A DNA stretch of 17,917 nucleotides. It comes from an uncultured Bacteriovoracaceae bacterium (lineage in GTDB: Bacteria; Bdellovibrionota; Bacteriovoracia; Bacteriovoracales; Bacteriovoracaceae). Positions 7,823 through 17,075 of this stretch are shown one piece after another; the first letter of the stretch is position 1; every line of letters starts with the position of its first letter. The DNA lies in assembly GCA_964012805.1 (NCBI GenBank), contig CAXGUD010000065.1, positions 1 through 17,917 of the forward strand. The letters are read 5' to 3'. Under the pieces are notes generated by a model. It made no database searches. It saw nothing but the letters and a program-made list of their open reading frames with translations, and was not told where the DNA came from. The position numbers were made by a program, and so were the translations under genes.

Positions 7823-8266
7823 TTATTCTTTTTCATCTAGATCCCATAATTTTTTTAATTTAATAGCTTTAAAGATGTAATAAGAGAGTAAGCCAAAAGG
7901 ACCTAAAAACAATGTAAAAAGTAATGATGGTATTATCGTTGCGTGCTTTATATTATTTTTTAAAGAGTCATGAAAAATCCAAACACCTATGAATAAATCA
8001 AAGGCTAAATAATGAATCCAGCCCGTTAAGACCCAATCTTTGCTTTTAAAAAGAAGCATTAATTCATTTAGATTTTGGAAACCTCCTGGTGCTTTTGATG
8101 TGATGGCAATGAAACAAATAACCATGTAAGAAAAACAAAAAAAGATGCTAAGAAAGCCAGAGCGTATAATTATTTTAGTAAATTTTAAATTTGGCAAAAA
8201 AATGAGAAAAAACCACCCAATTACGGCCAAAATATTGAAGATATAAAATAATAAGCTGTGATTCAT
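7823..8266 (-). CDS. ABA4-like (DUF4281) membrane protein
   Basis: About 4 TM helices; signature GWIHYLAFDLFIG.WI and LLFTLFLGPFGLL.Y; AGAGGG SD upstream. Confidence 0.9.
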   Translation of the reverse strand: MNHSLLFYIFNILAVIGWFFLIFLPNLKFTKIIIRSGFLSIFFCFSYMVICFIAITSKAPGGFQNLNELMLLFKSKDWVLTGWIHYLAFDLFIGVWIFHDSLKNNIKHATIIPSLLFTLFLGPFGLLSYYIFKAIKLKKLWDLDEKE

Positions 8267-8317
8267 TTGAAAGCCCTCTTTAAAAAACTGCTTACTAAAA
8301 TTCTATTTGGCGAGATT

Positions 8318-9823
8318 TTATTCAATTGCTTCCACACTCCATAATAGATTTGATGTGGGAGAAGATACGCTCTCCCAATCAGTAATATTGCTTGATTTAT
8401 AAATTGAACCGTTATTTCCAACGACTACAAAAAGAGAGTTACCATAGGTTACACCGTATAAATTTTCAGCACCGCTAATTGTTTCATCTGTCCAATTTGT
8501 TCCATCTGTGGAATAAATTATAGCTCCAGCATTTCCTACTGCAATTAATTTACTTGAACCATATATGATATCGTATAATTGTGATGATATTCCGGTTGTT
8601 AATTGTGTCCAATTAAAAAAATCATTAGATTTGATTACGATTCCACTGCCACCAGCTGCATATAAATACGAATTATCCGTTGTAATTCCATTTAATACTT
8701 TATTTTGACCATAGTTTGTACCTGTAAATGCCCAGGTGTAACCGTCAGTAGAGCTCCCAATCATATTAGATGTTAGACTTGATCCTCCTGCTGCTACTGC
8801 TACATATCTTGTATTTAAATACGTAACACCACTTAGCTCTCTAGGAGTAGCACTTGTTATTTTGTACCATGAAGATGTATCGGTTGATGTTAAAATTATT
8901 GAATTTCCTCCAGGATTTTCATTACCTCCTACAATAACATATAAGTTATTGTAGTAAAAAATATCCAATAAGTTTGCACTCGTTCCAGTTGAAACACTTT
9001 CCCATGAGTTCCCATCATTCGATTTTAAGAGCAAACCACTTCTTCCAACCGCATATATTTTATTATTTAGTTGCTTTACTTTAAAAATCTCACTAGATGT
9101 TCCAGATGTTCTTGTTGTCCAATTGGATCCATCTACAGAGGCAATAATTGTTCCAGACTGACCTACAGCTACGAATTTATTATCTGGAGCGAGGGCAATA
9201 TTAGCGTCTGATGTCTGATCTGAGTTAACTGAAATCGTTGTTGTTGTGCTGTTATAATTAGATTTACTAAAAGATAATGAATAGTTTCCCGGAGAGAGAT
9301 TAAGAAAACTATAAACACCAGATCCATTGCTTGTTGCTGAAGTACCGCTAGTACTATTTGTTACACTTACACCTGAGAGTACGCCACCAGAAGAGGAATC
9401 TGTAATTGTACCACTAATGTTACCAGTGTTTTGAGTAAGAGTAATATTACCATCTGAGGTTTGATCTTTTGTAACAGCTATTGTTGCTGTATTTGTTTGA
9501 TAACCAGATTTGGTAAAAGATAATGAATAATTACCGGTAGAAAGGTTCGCAAAGCTATAAACTCCATAACCACTACTCGTTGTAGAGGTATTACTAGTAT
9601 TATTTGTTATACTTACACCTGATATGCCATTACCACTAGATGAATCGGTTATGGTTCCACTTATACTGCCAAAACCTCCGCTGTCATCAGAGCTATCACT
9701 GCTTCCACCACCACCTCCTCCTGAAGAACCGCTGCATGAAAAAAAAGATAATAACATTATGACTATAAGGTTTTTTTTAAAATTTAAATTATAATTATAA
9801 AAATTTTTAAATTTATTTAACAT
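8318..9823 (-). CDS. Surface lipoprotein: Gly/Ser linker, two carboxypeptidase-regulatory-like domains, and a BNR/Ycf48-like beta-propeller
   Basis: Lipobox FFSC followed by SGSSGGGGGGSSDSSDDSGG; two 82-aa repeats; C-terminal repeats of FVAVG..GTI..S.DG.NWT. Start at ATG 9823 preferred over 9862 because it overlaps less with the PaaI gene and gives a 30-aa signal. Confidence 0.8.
   Translation of the reverse strand: MLNKFKNFYNYNLNFKKNLIVIMLLSFFSCSGSSGGGGGGSSDSSDDSGGFGSISGTITDSSSGNGISGVSITNNTSNTSTTSSGYGVYSFANLSTGNYSLSFTKSGYQTNTATIAVTKDQTSDGNITLTQNTGNISGTITDSSSGGVLSGVSVTNSTSGTSATSNGSGVYSFLNLSPGNYSLSFSKSNYNSTTTTISVNSDQTSDANIALAPDNKFVAVGQSGTIIASVDGSNWTTRTSGTSSEIFKVKQLNNKIYAVGRSGLLLKSNDGNSWESVSTGTSANLLDIFYYNNLYVIVGGNENPGGNSIILTSTDTSSWYKITSATPRELSGVTYLNTRYVAVAAGGSSLTSNMIGSSTDGYTWAFTGTNYGQNKVLNGITTDNSYLYAAGGSGIVIKSNDFFNWTQLTTGISSQLYDIIYGSSKLIAVGNAGAIIYSTDGTNWTDETISGAENLYGVTYGNSLFVVVGNNGSIYKSSNITDWESVSSPTSNLLWSVEAIE
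9179..9670 (-). repeat. Tandem 246-bp (82-aa) domain duplication
   Basis: Copy 1 (9670-9425) GSISGTITDSSSGNGISGVSIT...GVYSFANLSTGNYSLSFTKSGY...DQTSDGNITL; copy 2 (9424-9179) GNISGTITDSSSGGVLSGVSVT...GVYSFLNLSPGNYSLSFSKSNY...DQTSDANIAL. Confidence 0.9.
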
Positions 9824-10259
9824 ACATTGTTCCAGTGACAAAGGCACAAAGCGATTCTTCATTTTTCTCTGAAACGCAATAAACTGAGCTTTGACAAACC
9901 TTTAATAAGTTACCAAATTTAATGACTTCTGATCGTGCAATAAGTTTTTTCCCAACTGCAGGTTTTAATAGGTTAACTTTAAACTCTGTTGTTAGAACTT
10001 CACTGTAATCTCCTGATAAGCTTAAAGCGGCGTAACCCATGGAAACATCTGCGATTGTCGTTGTAACGCCTCCATGAAAAAAGCCTTCCTGCTGGTGAAG
10101 ATTTTCATCATTATAGATTTCTATTTCTATCCGACCAGGAGACACGTCTACTAATTTAGCTCCGATAAACTTTAAAAAAGATTGTTTTTTAAAGCTATCA
10201 TTAACATTGGCTTTATAATTTTTTGACTTTGGTTCAAAACCTGTTGTTTTTCGAATCAT
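9813..10259 (-). CDS. PaaI family (hotdog-fold) thioesterase
   Basis: QQEGFFHGGVTTTIADVSMGYAA and VLTTEFKVNLLKPAVG..LIARSEVIK.G motifs. ATG 10259 with AAGGA upstream is preferred to TTG 10280. Confidence 0.9.
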   Translation of the reverse strand: MIRKTTGFEPKSKNYKANVNDSFKKQSFLKFIGAKLVDVSPGRIEIEIYNDENLHQQEGFFHGGVTTTIADVSMGYAALSLSGDYSEVLTTEFKVNLLKPAVGKKLIARSEVIKFGNLLKVCQSSVYCVSEKNEESLCAFVTGTMYVK

Positions 10260-10442
10260 TTTATATCTAATCCTTTTCAATATTCTTTAATTTTAACCTT
10301 TCTTAATAAAAATTAGAATTTTTATAGATAATTTTATATTTAAAAAAATAGAAAGATACATTTCGAATTATTAATGATGGAATTTAATACCCATTTATCA
10401 CCCCTTTTTTGTAGATTAATATTGTGGGAAAGGATTTTTCTT

Positions 10443-11009
10443 ATGAAAAAGTTTATTGTTTTCATTAATCTTATCTTTTCTCTTAATACTTTGGCTCAAG
10501 ATGGCAAAGGTGAAGGAGGAATTTATCTTCTCACATCAGAGCCTAAGGTCTATTTAAAAAAACAAAACTCTTCTAATGTTACTACTTTTGAAAAGACAAT
10601 TACGGATAAAAAGAGAAGGTTGGGGTTAGGTGTATATGGAATAGGCGCTGGTAAATTCTTCACTTGGGAAGGAGGAGTCTCTTATATGCCTTACAGTCTT
10701 TTAGATGATCCTTTTGCTTGGAGGCTTTCTTCAAATATTGTTGCAAGATTTTTTAATTTTTTACCTTTCAACGTTGGAGTAGGCTTCTATTATGGTTTTG
10801 GTTCAAGTAAATATAGTAATACAATATTCTATTCTGGTTATCTTGCCTCAGCTAGATTGAGGTTATTTGGACTTTTTATCGAAGGAAAATACCTTAAAGA
10901 TTTTGGTGAAAGGAAGGGGTCTGGCACAGATTCTTCTTTGCTTTATTATTCGAGGGTCGAAGAGTATCAAGCCCTTATTGGTTTTACTTCAGAAGGCTTT
11001 TTCCGATAA
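10443..11009 (+). CDS. Secreted hypothetical protein, probable small outer-membrane beta-barrel
   Basis: AAGGA SD before ATG 10443; signal peptide MKKFIVFINLIFSLNTLA|Q; amphipathic aromatic strands (FTWEGGVSY, FNVGVGFYYGF, LFIEGKY, YQALIGF). Confidence 0.6.
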   Translation: MKKFIVFINLIFSLNTLAQDGKGEGGIYLLTSEPKVYLKKQNSSNVTTFEKTITDKKRRLGLGVYGIGAGKFFTWEGGVSYMPYSLLDDPFAWRLSSNIVARFFNFLPFNVGVGFYYGFGSSKYSNTIFYSGYLASARLRLFGLFIEGKYLKDFGERKGSGTDSSLLYYSRVEEYQALIGFTSEGFFR

Positions 11010-11023
11010 AAGGTGTTTTAAAA

Positions 11024-11476
11024 ATGTTTAAAATTAAAGTCGAAAAATTTGTAAAAAGTGATATAGATGCCGTTTTTAATATAATAAGCGATCATGAAAA
11101 CTATACTAATTTTCCAGGAGTCACCGGTTCAGTCCTTCTAGAGCATGGAATCGAAGAAAAAAACGGGAAGGGTGCTTTAAGAAAAATAAATTTAGGCCCT
11201 ATTCAATTTATCGAAAGAATAATCCATTTTGAACCACCCTTTAGGATGGTTTATCAAATAGAAAAAGCAAGGCCTTTTCCTATTATTCATGAAAAAGGGG
11301 AATTAATTTTAAATTCAGAGGGGGAGGGAACCCACATTACCTGGACATCTATCGGAAATGTAGCAATTCCTCTAATTGGATCTTTTCTCTTAGATAAAAT
11401 TTTTGAACTAAGAGGAAACCAGCTTTTTGAAAAGTCTTTATCGTCCCTCGAAAAAAAGTTACTTCCACATAACTAA
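11024..11476 (+). CDS. SRPBCC (polyketide cyclase/dehydrase-like) family protein
   Basis: IDAVFNIISDHENY..FPGV, G.GALRKI, ERIIHFEPPFRMVYQI, GEGTHITW; AAGGTG SD; 14 bp after the preceding gene. Confidence 0.85.
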   Translation: MFKIKVEKFVKSDIDAVFNIISDHENYTNFPGVTGSVLLEHGIEEKNGKGALRKINLGPIQFIERIIHFEPPFRMVYQIEKARPFPIIHEKGELILNSEGEGTHITWTSIGNVAIPLIGSFLLDKIFELRGNQLFEKSLSSLEKKLLPHN

Positions 11477-11568
11477 ACGCTTCTTCATTTACTAGTGGGC
11501 TTAATTAATTTTAATTTAAAAAAATGTATTACTTTATCTTGATTTCATGCATTAATCGCTGGTTTAAA

Positions 11569-11603
11569 GTGACACAAAGGCAGGATGTTTATATGATCCG
11601 CCC
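11569..11603 (+). promoter_or_regulatory. Sigma70-type promoter positioned for leaderless transcription of radD
   Basis: GTGACA (11569-11574), 17 bp, TATGAT (11592-11597), CCGCCC, then ATG 11604; no SD in front of the ATG. Confidence 0.65.
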
Positions 11604-13349
11604 ATGTATAAATTAAGACCCTATCAGCAAGAAGCTGTTGAAAACTCCATTAACTACTTCAAGAAAAAAAGAGACCCTGCTGTCATTGTACTTCCAACAG
11701 GTGCAGGTAAAAGCCTTGTTATTGCAGAGCTTGCTAAAATTGCAAAGGGAAGAGTCCTAATTTTGGCCCACGTTAAGGAACTTGTAGAACAAAACCACGA
11801 AAAATACATTTCATATGGACTTGAAGCTGGAATTTACTCGGCGGGTTTAAATCAAAAGGAGTCATCTCAAAAGGCTATCTTTGGAAGCATCCAGTCAGTC
11901 GCTAGGGTTGAAGACTCATTTTTTAATGGTTTTACATTGCTTATTATTGATGAATGTCATCGTGTTAATTCTGAAGGCGATACACAGTATGCTACCGTTA
12001 TAAAAAAACTTCAGGAAAGAAATCCTCATATTTGTATTTTGGGTCTAACAGCAACTCCCTACCGTTTAGGAGTTGGTTGGATTTATGAGTTGAATTATAA
12101 GGGTGTTATTCAGTCTGAAGAAACAAGATTCTTTAAACAATGTGTTTTCGAACTTCCTTTAGAATACATGATTAAAAATAAATACCTCACTCAACCTGTT
12201 AAAGTTGATATTCCTGTCACATGCTACGATTTTTCAGAGCTTACTGATTCTAATAGACTATACACAACTTCCCAGGTGGACGAACTTTTAAAAAAGCAAA
12301 AAAGACTTACTCCTCTTATAATAAAAAATATTATTGATATCACGGAAACCTACAACAGACAGGGCGTGATGATTTTTTCTAGCACGGTAAGACATGCTAA
12401 GGAAATTTTTGAAGCCTTACCAAAAGGACAGGCAAAAATAGTTATTGGTGACACCGAAGACTCAGAACGAGATAAAATTATAGAAGAATTCAAAGAGAAA
12501 AAGTTCAAATACCTTGTTAATGTTTCCGTTTTAACAACAGGATTTGATGCTCCTCATGTAGATGTGATTGCAATCCTTCGTCCAACAGAATCCGTCAGCT
12601 TGTACCAACAAATTATTGGAAGAGGCTTGAGGCTTCACAGTAATAAAAAAGATTGTTTCATATTGGACTATACTGGAATGGGTCACGATATTTATCGACC
12701 GGAAATTAGCGGGAAGAGACCCAATAAAACTTCAGAACCTGTCCAAGTGCCTTGCCCTCAATGTGGTTTTGAAAATGATTTTTGGGGCATCGTAAACCTT
12801 GATGGAGAAGTTGTGGAGCATTATGGTCGTAAATGCCGTGGAGGAATACAAGACCCTGTAACGCTTTCTTTTGAGCCTTGTGGTTATCGGTTTCGTTATA
12901 AAATTTGTAATAAATGTAATGCAGAAAATGATGTGACGGCAAGGGAGTGCAGGGAGTGTTCGAATATCCTTATCGATGCTGATTCCAAATTAAAACAGGC
13001 CAAGCTTTCAAAAAATGCCCATGTTCTAAGTCCTGATAGCGTAAAGATGGAAGAGAGGGTTGATAAAAGAGGTACACCTTTTTTAGATATCAAGTATTTC
13101 GACTGTGATGGAAAATACCTGTCTGAAATCCATTATTTAAATTCATCAGTAAATTTTAAAAAGTTTAACATTAACTTTTTAAGATCTCATATGAAAAGAC
13201 CTGAGTTGAGTCAGCATTTTTCAAATCTTGGAGAAGTAATTAAATATCAAAAGCTTCTTAGAGTTCCTAAGTTTATCATAGCTAGAAAGCAGGACAAGTT
13301 TTGGAAAATTACAGAAAAGATTTTTTTTGAAGAACTATCCATGCACTAG
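11604..13349 (+). CDS. radD: DNA repair SF2 helicase RadD (YejH)
   Basis: [81 protein letters not shown], and C-terminal Zn-finger cysteines (CPQC, C..C, CNKC, CREC); 581 aa, similar in length to E. coli YejH. Confidence 0.9.
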   Translation: MYKLRPYQQEAVENSINYFKKKRDPAVIVLPTGAGKSLVIAELAKIAKGRVLILAHVKELVEQNHEKYISYGLEAGIYSAGLNQKESSQKAIFGSIQSVARVEDSFFNGFTLLIIDECHRVNSEGDTQYATVIKKLQERNPHICILGLTATPYRLGVGWIYELNYKGVIQSEETRFFKQCVFELPLEYMIKNKYLTQPVKVDIPVTCYDFSELTDSNRLYTTSQVDELLKKQKRLTPLIIKNIIDITETYNRQGVMIFSSTVRHAKEIFEALPKGQAKIVIGDTEDSERDKIIEEFKEKKFKYLVNVSVLTTGFDAPHVDVIAILRPTESVSLYQQIIGRGLRLHSNKKDCFILDYTGMGHDIYRPEISGKRPNKTSEPVQVPCPQCGFENDFWGIVNLDGEVVEHYGRKCRGGIQDPVTLSFEPCGYRFRYKICNKCNAENDVTARECRECSNILIDADSKLKQAKLSKNAHVLSPDSVKMEERVDKRGTPFLDIKYFDCDGKYLSEIHYLNSSVNFKKFNINFLRSHMKRPELSQHFSNLGEVIKYQKLLRVPKFIIARKQDKFWKITEKIFFEELSMH

Positions 13350-14239
13350 GTTTTGATTTCCTTTCCTTTTTTAACTAAATAAATACCGCAAATGACGGCC
13401 CCTAGTGAAATTATTATTTTTGGAGTGATTGGTTCTTTCATAAAAAGAGAGCTTAAGATGACTCCAAATAGAGGAATAAGGTAGGCGACCTGGCTTTGAA
13501 AGAGTAGACCATTCCTTTTTAAAATATGAAATCGTACGGACCAGGCCAAACCTGTAGGAAAAAGGCCTAGGTATACAAGAGACATAACGGATTTCATGCT
13601 TGGTGTAGTACTCCAAGGAGATTCATATATCAAAAAGGGGATAAGGCATATCGTTGCCCAAATGAGGGTAGATGCCGTAACATTTTCGTTAGATTTTCCC
13701 TTTGAGCTCATTTTTATTGTAAGAGTTCCGCCTATAACATAAAAACTAGATGCCAAAAGAACGAGCAAAGCTTTTGGTATATTAGATTGATTTAAAAGAT
13801 TTTTGTCAAAGAAGAGAAAAATGAGGCCCGAAAATCCTAAACAAACGCCTAGAAATTTTAAAAGGTTAATTTTTTCTTCTTTTAAGAAAAATCGTCCTAT
13901 AAGTGAAGCTGTCAGTGGACTACTCCCCATGAGAAGAGCGGCTAAATTACTCTGAATCGAGTTGATACTATAACTAATCATAAAAAAGGGAATAACTAGA
14001 TTGACTAAGCCTATGAGAAGAAAGGAAGACCACTCTTTTGAAAAAGCTTCAATTTTAACATCTTTGTACCAGCAATAAACTATGACTGGAATAGAACCTA
14101 AAAGGACTCTAAAAAAAGCAATGGTGAATGGTTCAAAGGAAAGGCGTGCAATCTTAATATTAAAAAATGCAGAACCCCAAATGGCACCTAAAATTGTAAG
14201 GAGGAAATAATCTTTTGATTTGACCTGATTTTGAATCAT
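13346..14239 (-). CDS. DMT / EamA family transporter
   Basis: About 10 TM segments in two EamA repeats; [49 protein letters not shown]. Confidence 0.92.
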   Translation of the reverse strand: MIQNQVKSKDYFLLTILGAIWGSAFFNIKIARLSFEPFTIAFFRVLLGSIPVIVYCWYKDVKIEAFSKEWSSFLLIGLVNLVIPFFMISYSINSIQSNLAALLMGSSPLTASLIGRFFLKEEKINLLKFLGVCLGFSGLIFLFFDKNLLNQSNIPKALLVLLASSFYVIGGTLTIKMSSKGKSNENVTASTLIWATICLIPFLIYESPWSTTPSMKSVMSLVYLGLFPTGLAWSVRFHILKRNGLLFQSQVAYLIPLFGVILSSLFMKEPITPKIIISLGAVICGIYLVKKGKEIKT

Positions 14240-14265
14240 TTCTTATTCTTTCCATAGGTTTCTAG

Positions 14266-15069
14266 CTAACTGGAGGCTGAATTGTAATGGCGAAGAGCAC
14301 TCCTCCAAACAAATTTCAAAATGAAAAGGAAAACAATACTTGCAGCAACCATACTCAAAATTAAAGGCCATTTTCCATAGTCATATAGGAAGTGTATAGG
14401 TCCACTTCCTACAAGGAGAATAGGGAGGCAGACTGTTAAAAATTTTCTGGCAATTGAAGCATAAATAAAGTTTGGCCAACGGGCCAGTTGTTGAAGCTGC
14501 ATCCTTAAAAAATTTATTCCAAGTCCTTCTTTTAGCCAAAACATGCTGGCAGCGATATTGAATTCAATCACGACAAAGAGGAAGAACCCCAAGAACATGA
14601 GGAAAGGAAGAAGAACCCAAGAAAGTGGCTCAAGCTTAACTTGGATCCCATAATAAATAATAAAAGTCCAAACAACAAAAATATTGATAATAGTTGATGG
14701 TCTAAAGTATCGAAAGAAAACGCTAAAGACGGAATTTGCTGGTTTTATCAGAGCAAAATCTAAGTCACCCGTTCTGATGGAATGGGATAGTTCCCAGAAG
14801 CTTTCACTGACCAGTGTCATATGAAGATGGTCGATCCCGAGCATAAAAGAAATAAAGAAAAGAAGATGGTTTTTATCCCAAGGACCAATCATTTGTATGT
14901 GATCGTATATAAAATTAACAGAGAGGAGGGTGCTAAAATAAAAGAAAAGGTCCATGAGGAGGAGTAACGTGAAGCTTGTCCTAAAACTGACTCCGACGGA
15001 AATACTTGTTGAGACAAACTTTTCATAAACTTTAAGGTAATAAAAAATAGTTTGTTTAAGATTTTTCAC
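14266..15069 (-). CDS. ABC-2 family transporter permease (DUF990 / ABC2_membrane_6-like)
   Basis: About 6 TM; IGPW, IRTGDLDFALIKP, LARWP.FIY; GTG start 3 bp after the previous stop. Confidence 0.88.
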   Translation of the reverse strand: MKNLKQTIFYYLKVYEKFVSTSISVGVSFRTSFTLLLLMDLFFYFSTLLSVNFIYDHIQMIGPWDKNHLLFFISFMLGIDHLHMTLVSESFWELSHSIRTGDLDFALIKPANSVFSVFFRYFRPSTIINIFVVWTFIIYYGIQVKLEPLSWVLLPFLMFLGFFLFVVIEFNIAASMFWLKEGLGINFLRMQLQQLARWPNFIYASIARKFLTVCLPILLVGSGPIHFLYDYGKWPLILSMVAASIVFLFILKFVWRSALRHYNSASS

Positions 15070-15072
15070 TAT

Positions 15073-15870
15073 CTACATCCCTGCACCGGTATAAAGTTTA
15101 ATGCCTCTTTTCCATATAATATGGTTGATAAAGCAAAATATGATGATCCAAATTGTTACGACTGAATAACTTGCAATGAGCTCACTATTTTGTCCCATAA
15201 AGGTTTTGATTGGAAAATATGTTAAATAAGGAAAAGGTGTCCACTCGAGGATACTAACGAACCATTTTGGGTAAAGCTCTAAGGGGATTATAGCACCGGA
15301 TAAAAAAGCTGTTAAGATTTCTAAAATGACCCTCAAAATCCAAGTTTCTTCAAGCCAGAATCCAACGAGACCAGTTAAATATTGAAGTGTATACCAAAAG
15401 CAACTGACGAAAAGGCAATAGAGGAAGCCAGACATTAAAATAGAGGCAGAAGGAATACTTAAAATGCCTAGAGACCAGAAGATGCAAATACTTATTGAGA
15501 CAATAATGGTTTGTAAAATCTGAAATGAAAGAAAGCTTGCTGTGTGAAATTCCCAAAAATTAAAGGGGTAAATGAGAAAATTGGAAATCCTACCCAATCT
15601 AATATCCTCAGAAAGGTTTAGGGCAGAGTGCCCTTTTGCCAAAAGGCCAACGATCATGGCCCAAACGTGGTAGTCAATCATTTGAGATAATGTGTAGCCC
15701 TTGATAATTTCAACTGACTCATCAGAGTATATAGAAGACCAAAGATTGTATTTTACAAAAAAGAAGACTAAAGCTGGACCTATAACCTGAAGGAAAAAAT
15801 TCATTCTGTAGGCAGTATGATTACTCCAGGAAATTTTAATTGTTTGCCACCATTTAAGGGCGTGTCCCAT
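15073..15870 (-). CDS. ABC-2 family transporter permease (DUF990-like)
   Basis: AYRMNF, GYTLSQMIDY, EDIRLGRISNFLIYP, LSGAIIPLELYPKW, PFPYLTYFP, WKRGIKLYTGAG. Confidence 0.9.
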   Translation of the reverse strand: MGHALKWWQTIKISWSNHTAYRMNFFLQVIGPALVFFFVKYNLWSSIYSDESVEIIKGYTLSQMIDYHVWAMIVGLLAKGHSALNLSEDIRLGRISNFLIYPFNFWEFHTASFLSFQILQTIIVSISICIFWSLGILSIPSASILMSGFLYCLFVSCFWYTLQYLTGLVGFWLEETWILRVILEILTAFLSGAIIPLELYPKWFVSILEWTPFPYLTYFPIKTFMGQNSELIASYSVVTIWIIIFCFINHIIWKRGIKLYTGAGM

Positions 15871-15871
15871 C

Positions 15872-16915
15872 TTAATTCCTTCCGTTTAATTCGTGAGGTC
15901 CATTATTCCCATTCAATTGTTTAACTATTTGGGGATTTTTCATCAAAGTTTTCATAACTCTTTCAATTGGCATTTTTTCTGTGTTAAATTCAGTTACGGG
16001 AAAGTCTTTAATAATATTTAAAGCAACACTTCTTAATTTATCCTCAGGTATTCGTAAATCAACTTGAATTTTATGAGAGTCCCATTGGGCTTCAAAAGAA
16101 CTCCATAAGTCTAGAGTAGGGTCTTGGGGAGAAGAAAAGTTGAAAGTTACATTTTTCTCTTTACCTAGGATCGTTTCAAACTTTGAAAGAGGTCCATCAA
16201 AAGTTTTTTCACCATCAAAAATAAGCACGAGGCGTTCACATAAAGCTTGGACATCGGCCATATAATGAGACGTTACAATAATCGTACATTTATTTTTTTG
16301 ATGATATTCTTTTATAAAATTTCTTATATTTTCCTGTGATATCAAATCAAGGCCAATTGTGGGCTCATCTAAGAAGATAATTTCTGGCGAATGGATAAGA
16401 GATGCCATTAGCTCCATTTTCATTCTCTCTCCCAGGGAAAGTTTTCTCACATGAATATGGAGGAGATCATCAACATCAAGGAGTTCACTCATGGTTTTGA
16501 TTCTTTTTTGAAATTGACTTTCTTCAATCTCATAAAACCTTTGGAGTAGTAGAAACGAGTCCATAGCAGGGATATCCCACCATAGTTGAGACTTCTGTCC
16601 CATCACGAGTGCAATCTTTTTTCTAAAAAGTCTATCTCTTTCAGATGGTGTATATCCTAAAATTTTTAGAGTTCCTTCTGATGGCACAACAATACCCGTA
16701 AACATTTTCATGAGGGTAGTTTTTCCAGCTCCATTTGGGCCAAGAAGGCCAATGATTTCTCCTTGTTTAATATCCAAATTAAAATCTTTGACTGCTTTTT
16801 TTGTAATATAGTTTCTGACAAAAAGAGATTTTAAAGACCCCAAAAGCCCAGGTTCTTTTTTGTAACTGGTAAACTTTTTTTCAAGTTTTTGTGAGTAGAT
16901 TACTGTCTTTTTCAC
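15872..16915 (-). CDS. ABC transporter ATP-binding protein (COG4586-like)
   Basis: Walker A GPNGAGKTT, Q-loop VMGQKSQLWWD, signature LSLGERMK, Walker B IIFLDEPTIGLD, TSHYM; GTG start with GAAGGT SD. Confidence 0.95.
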   Translation of the reverse strand: MKKTVIYSQKLEKKFTSYKKEPGLLGSLKSLFVRNYITKKAVKDFNLDIKQGEIIGLLGPNGAGKTTLMKMFTGIVVPSEGTLKILGYTPSERDRLFRKKIALVMGQKSQLWWDIPAMDSFLLLQRFYEIEESQFQKRIKTMSELLDVDDLLHIHVRKLSLGERMKMELMASLIHSPEIIFLDEPTIGLDLISQENIRNFIKEYHQKNKCTIIVTSHYMADVQALCERLVLIFDGEKTFDGPLSKFETILGKEKNVTFNFSSPQDPTLDLWSSFEAQWDSHKIQVDLRIPEDKLRSVALNIIKDFPVTEFNTEKMPIERVMKTLMKNPQIVKQLNGNNGPHELNGRN

Positions 16916-17001
16916 GATGTTTAACCTTCATGATGAGCAAAATGGGTTTAAATTTTCCATCCATTTGAATGTGCTTCTTCGTAGACTAATATATAGATAA
17001 T

Positions 17002-17034
17002 TGTTGTGTATGTGTATAGTGCACCTACACAACA
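17002..17034. promoter_or_regulatory. Inverted repeat (candidate operator) in the divergent ABC / receiver intergenic region
   Basis: Perfect 9-bp arms TGTTGTGTA (17002-17010) and TACACAACA (17026-17034) with a 15-bp spacer. Confidence 0.5.
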
Positions 17035-17075
17035 GTGAGTTGCACATAGGATCTACATGTTGAGGTCAAAAAAAA

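Noticed and set aside
3082..13349. Anti-phage defence island built on the two helicases and YaeQ
   Set aside because: Both helicases belong to housekeeping families (DEAD-box, RadD), lie about 7 kb apart, and have no nuclease, methylase, effector or mobility partners.
12706..15556. Short ORFs 12706-12942, 12896-13093, 13371-13616 and 15350-15556
   Set aside because: Antisense or alternate-frame ORFs nested in radD, EamA and an ABC permease, with no independent support.
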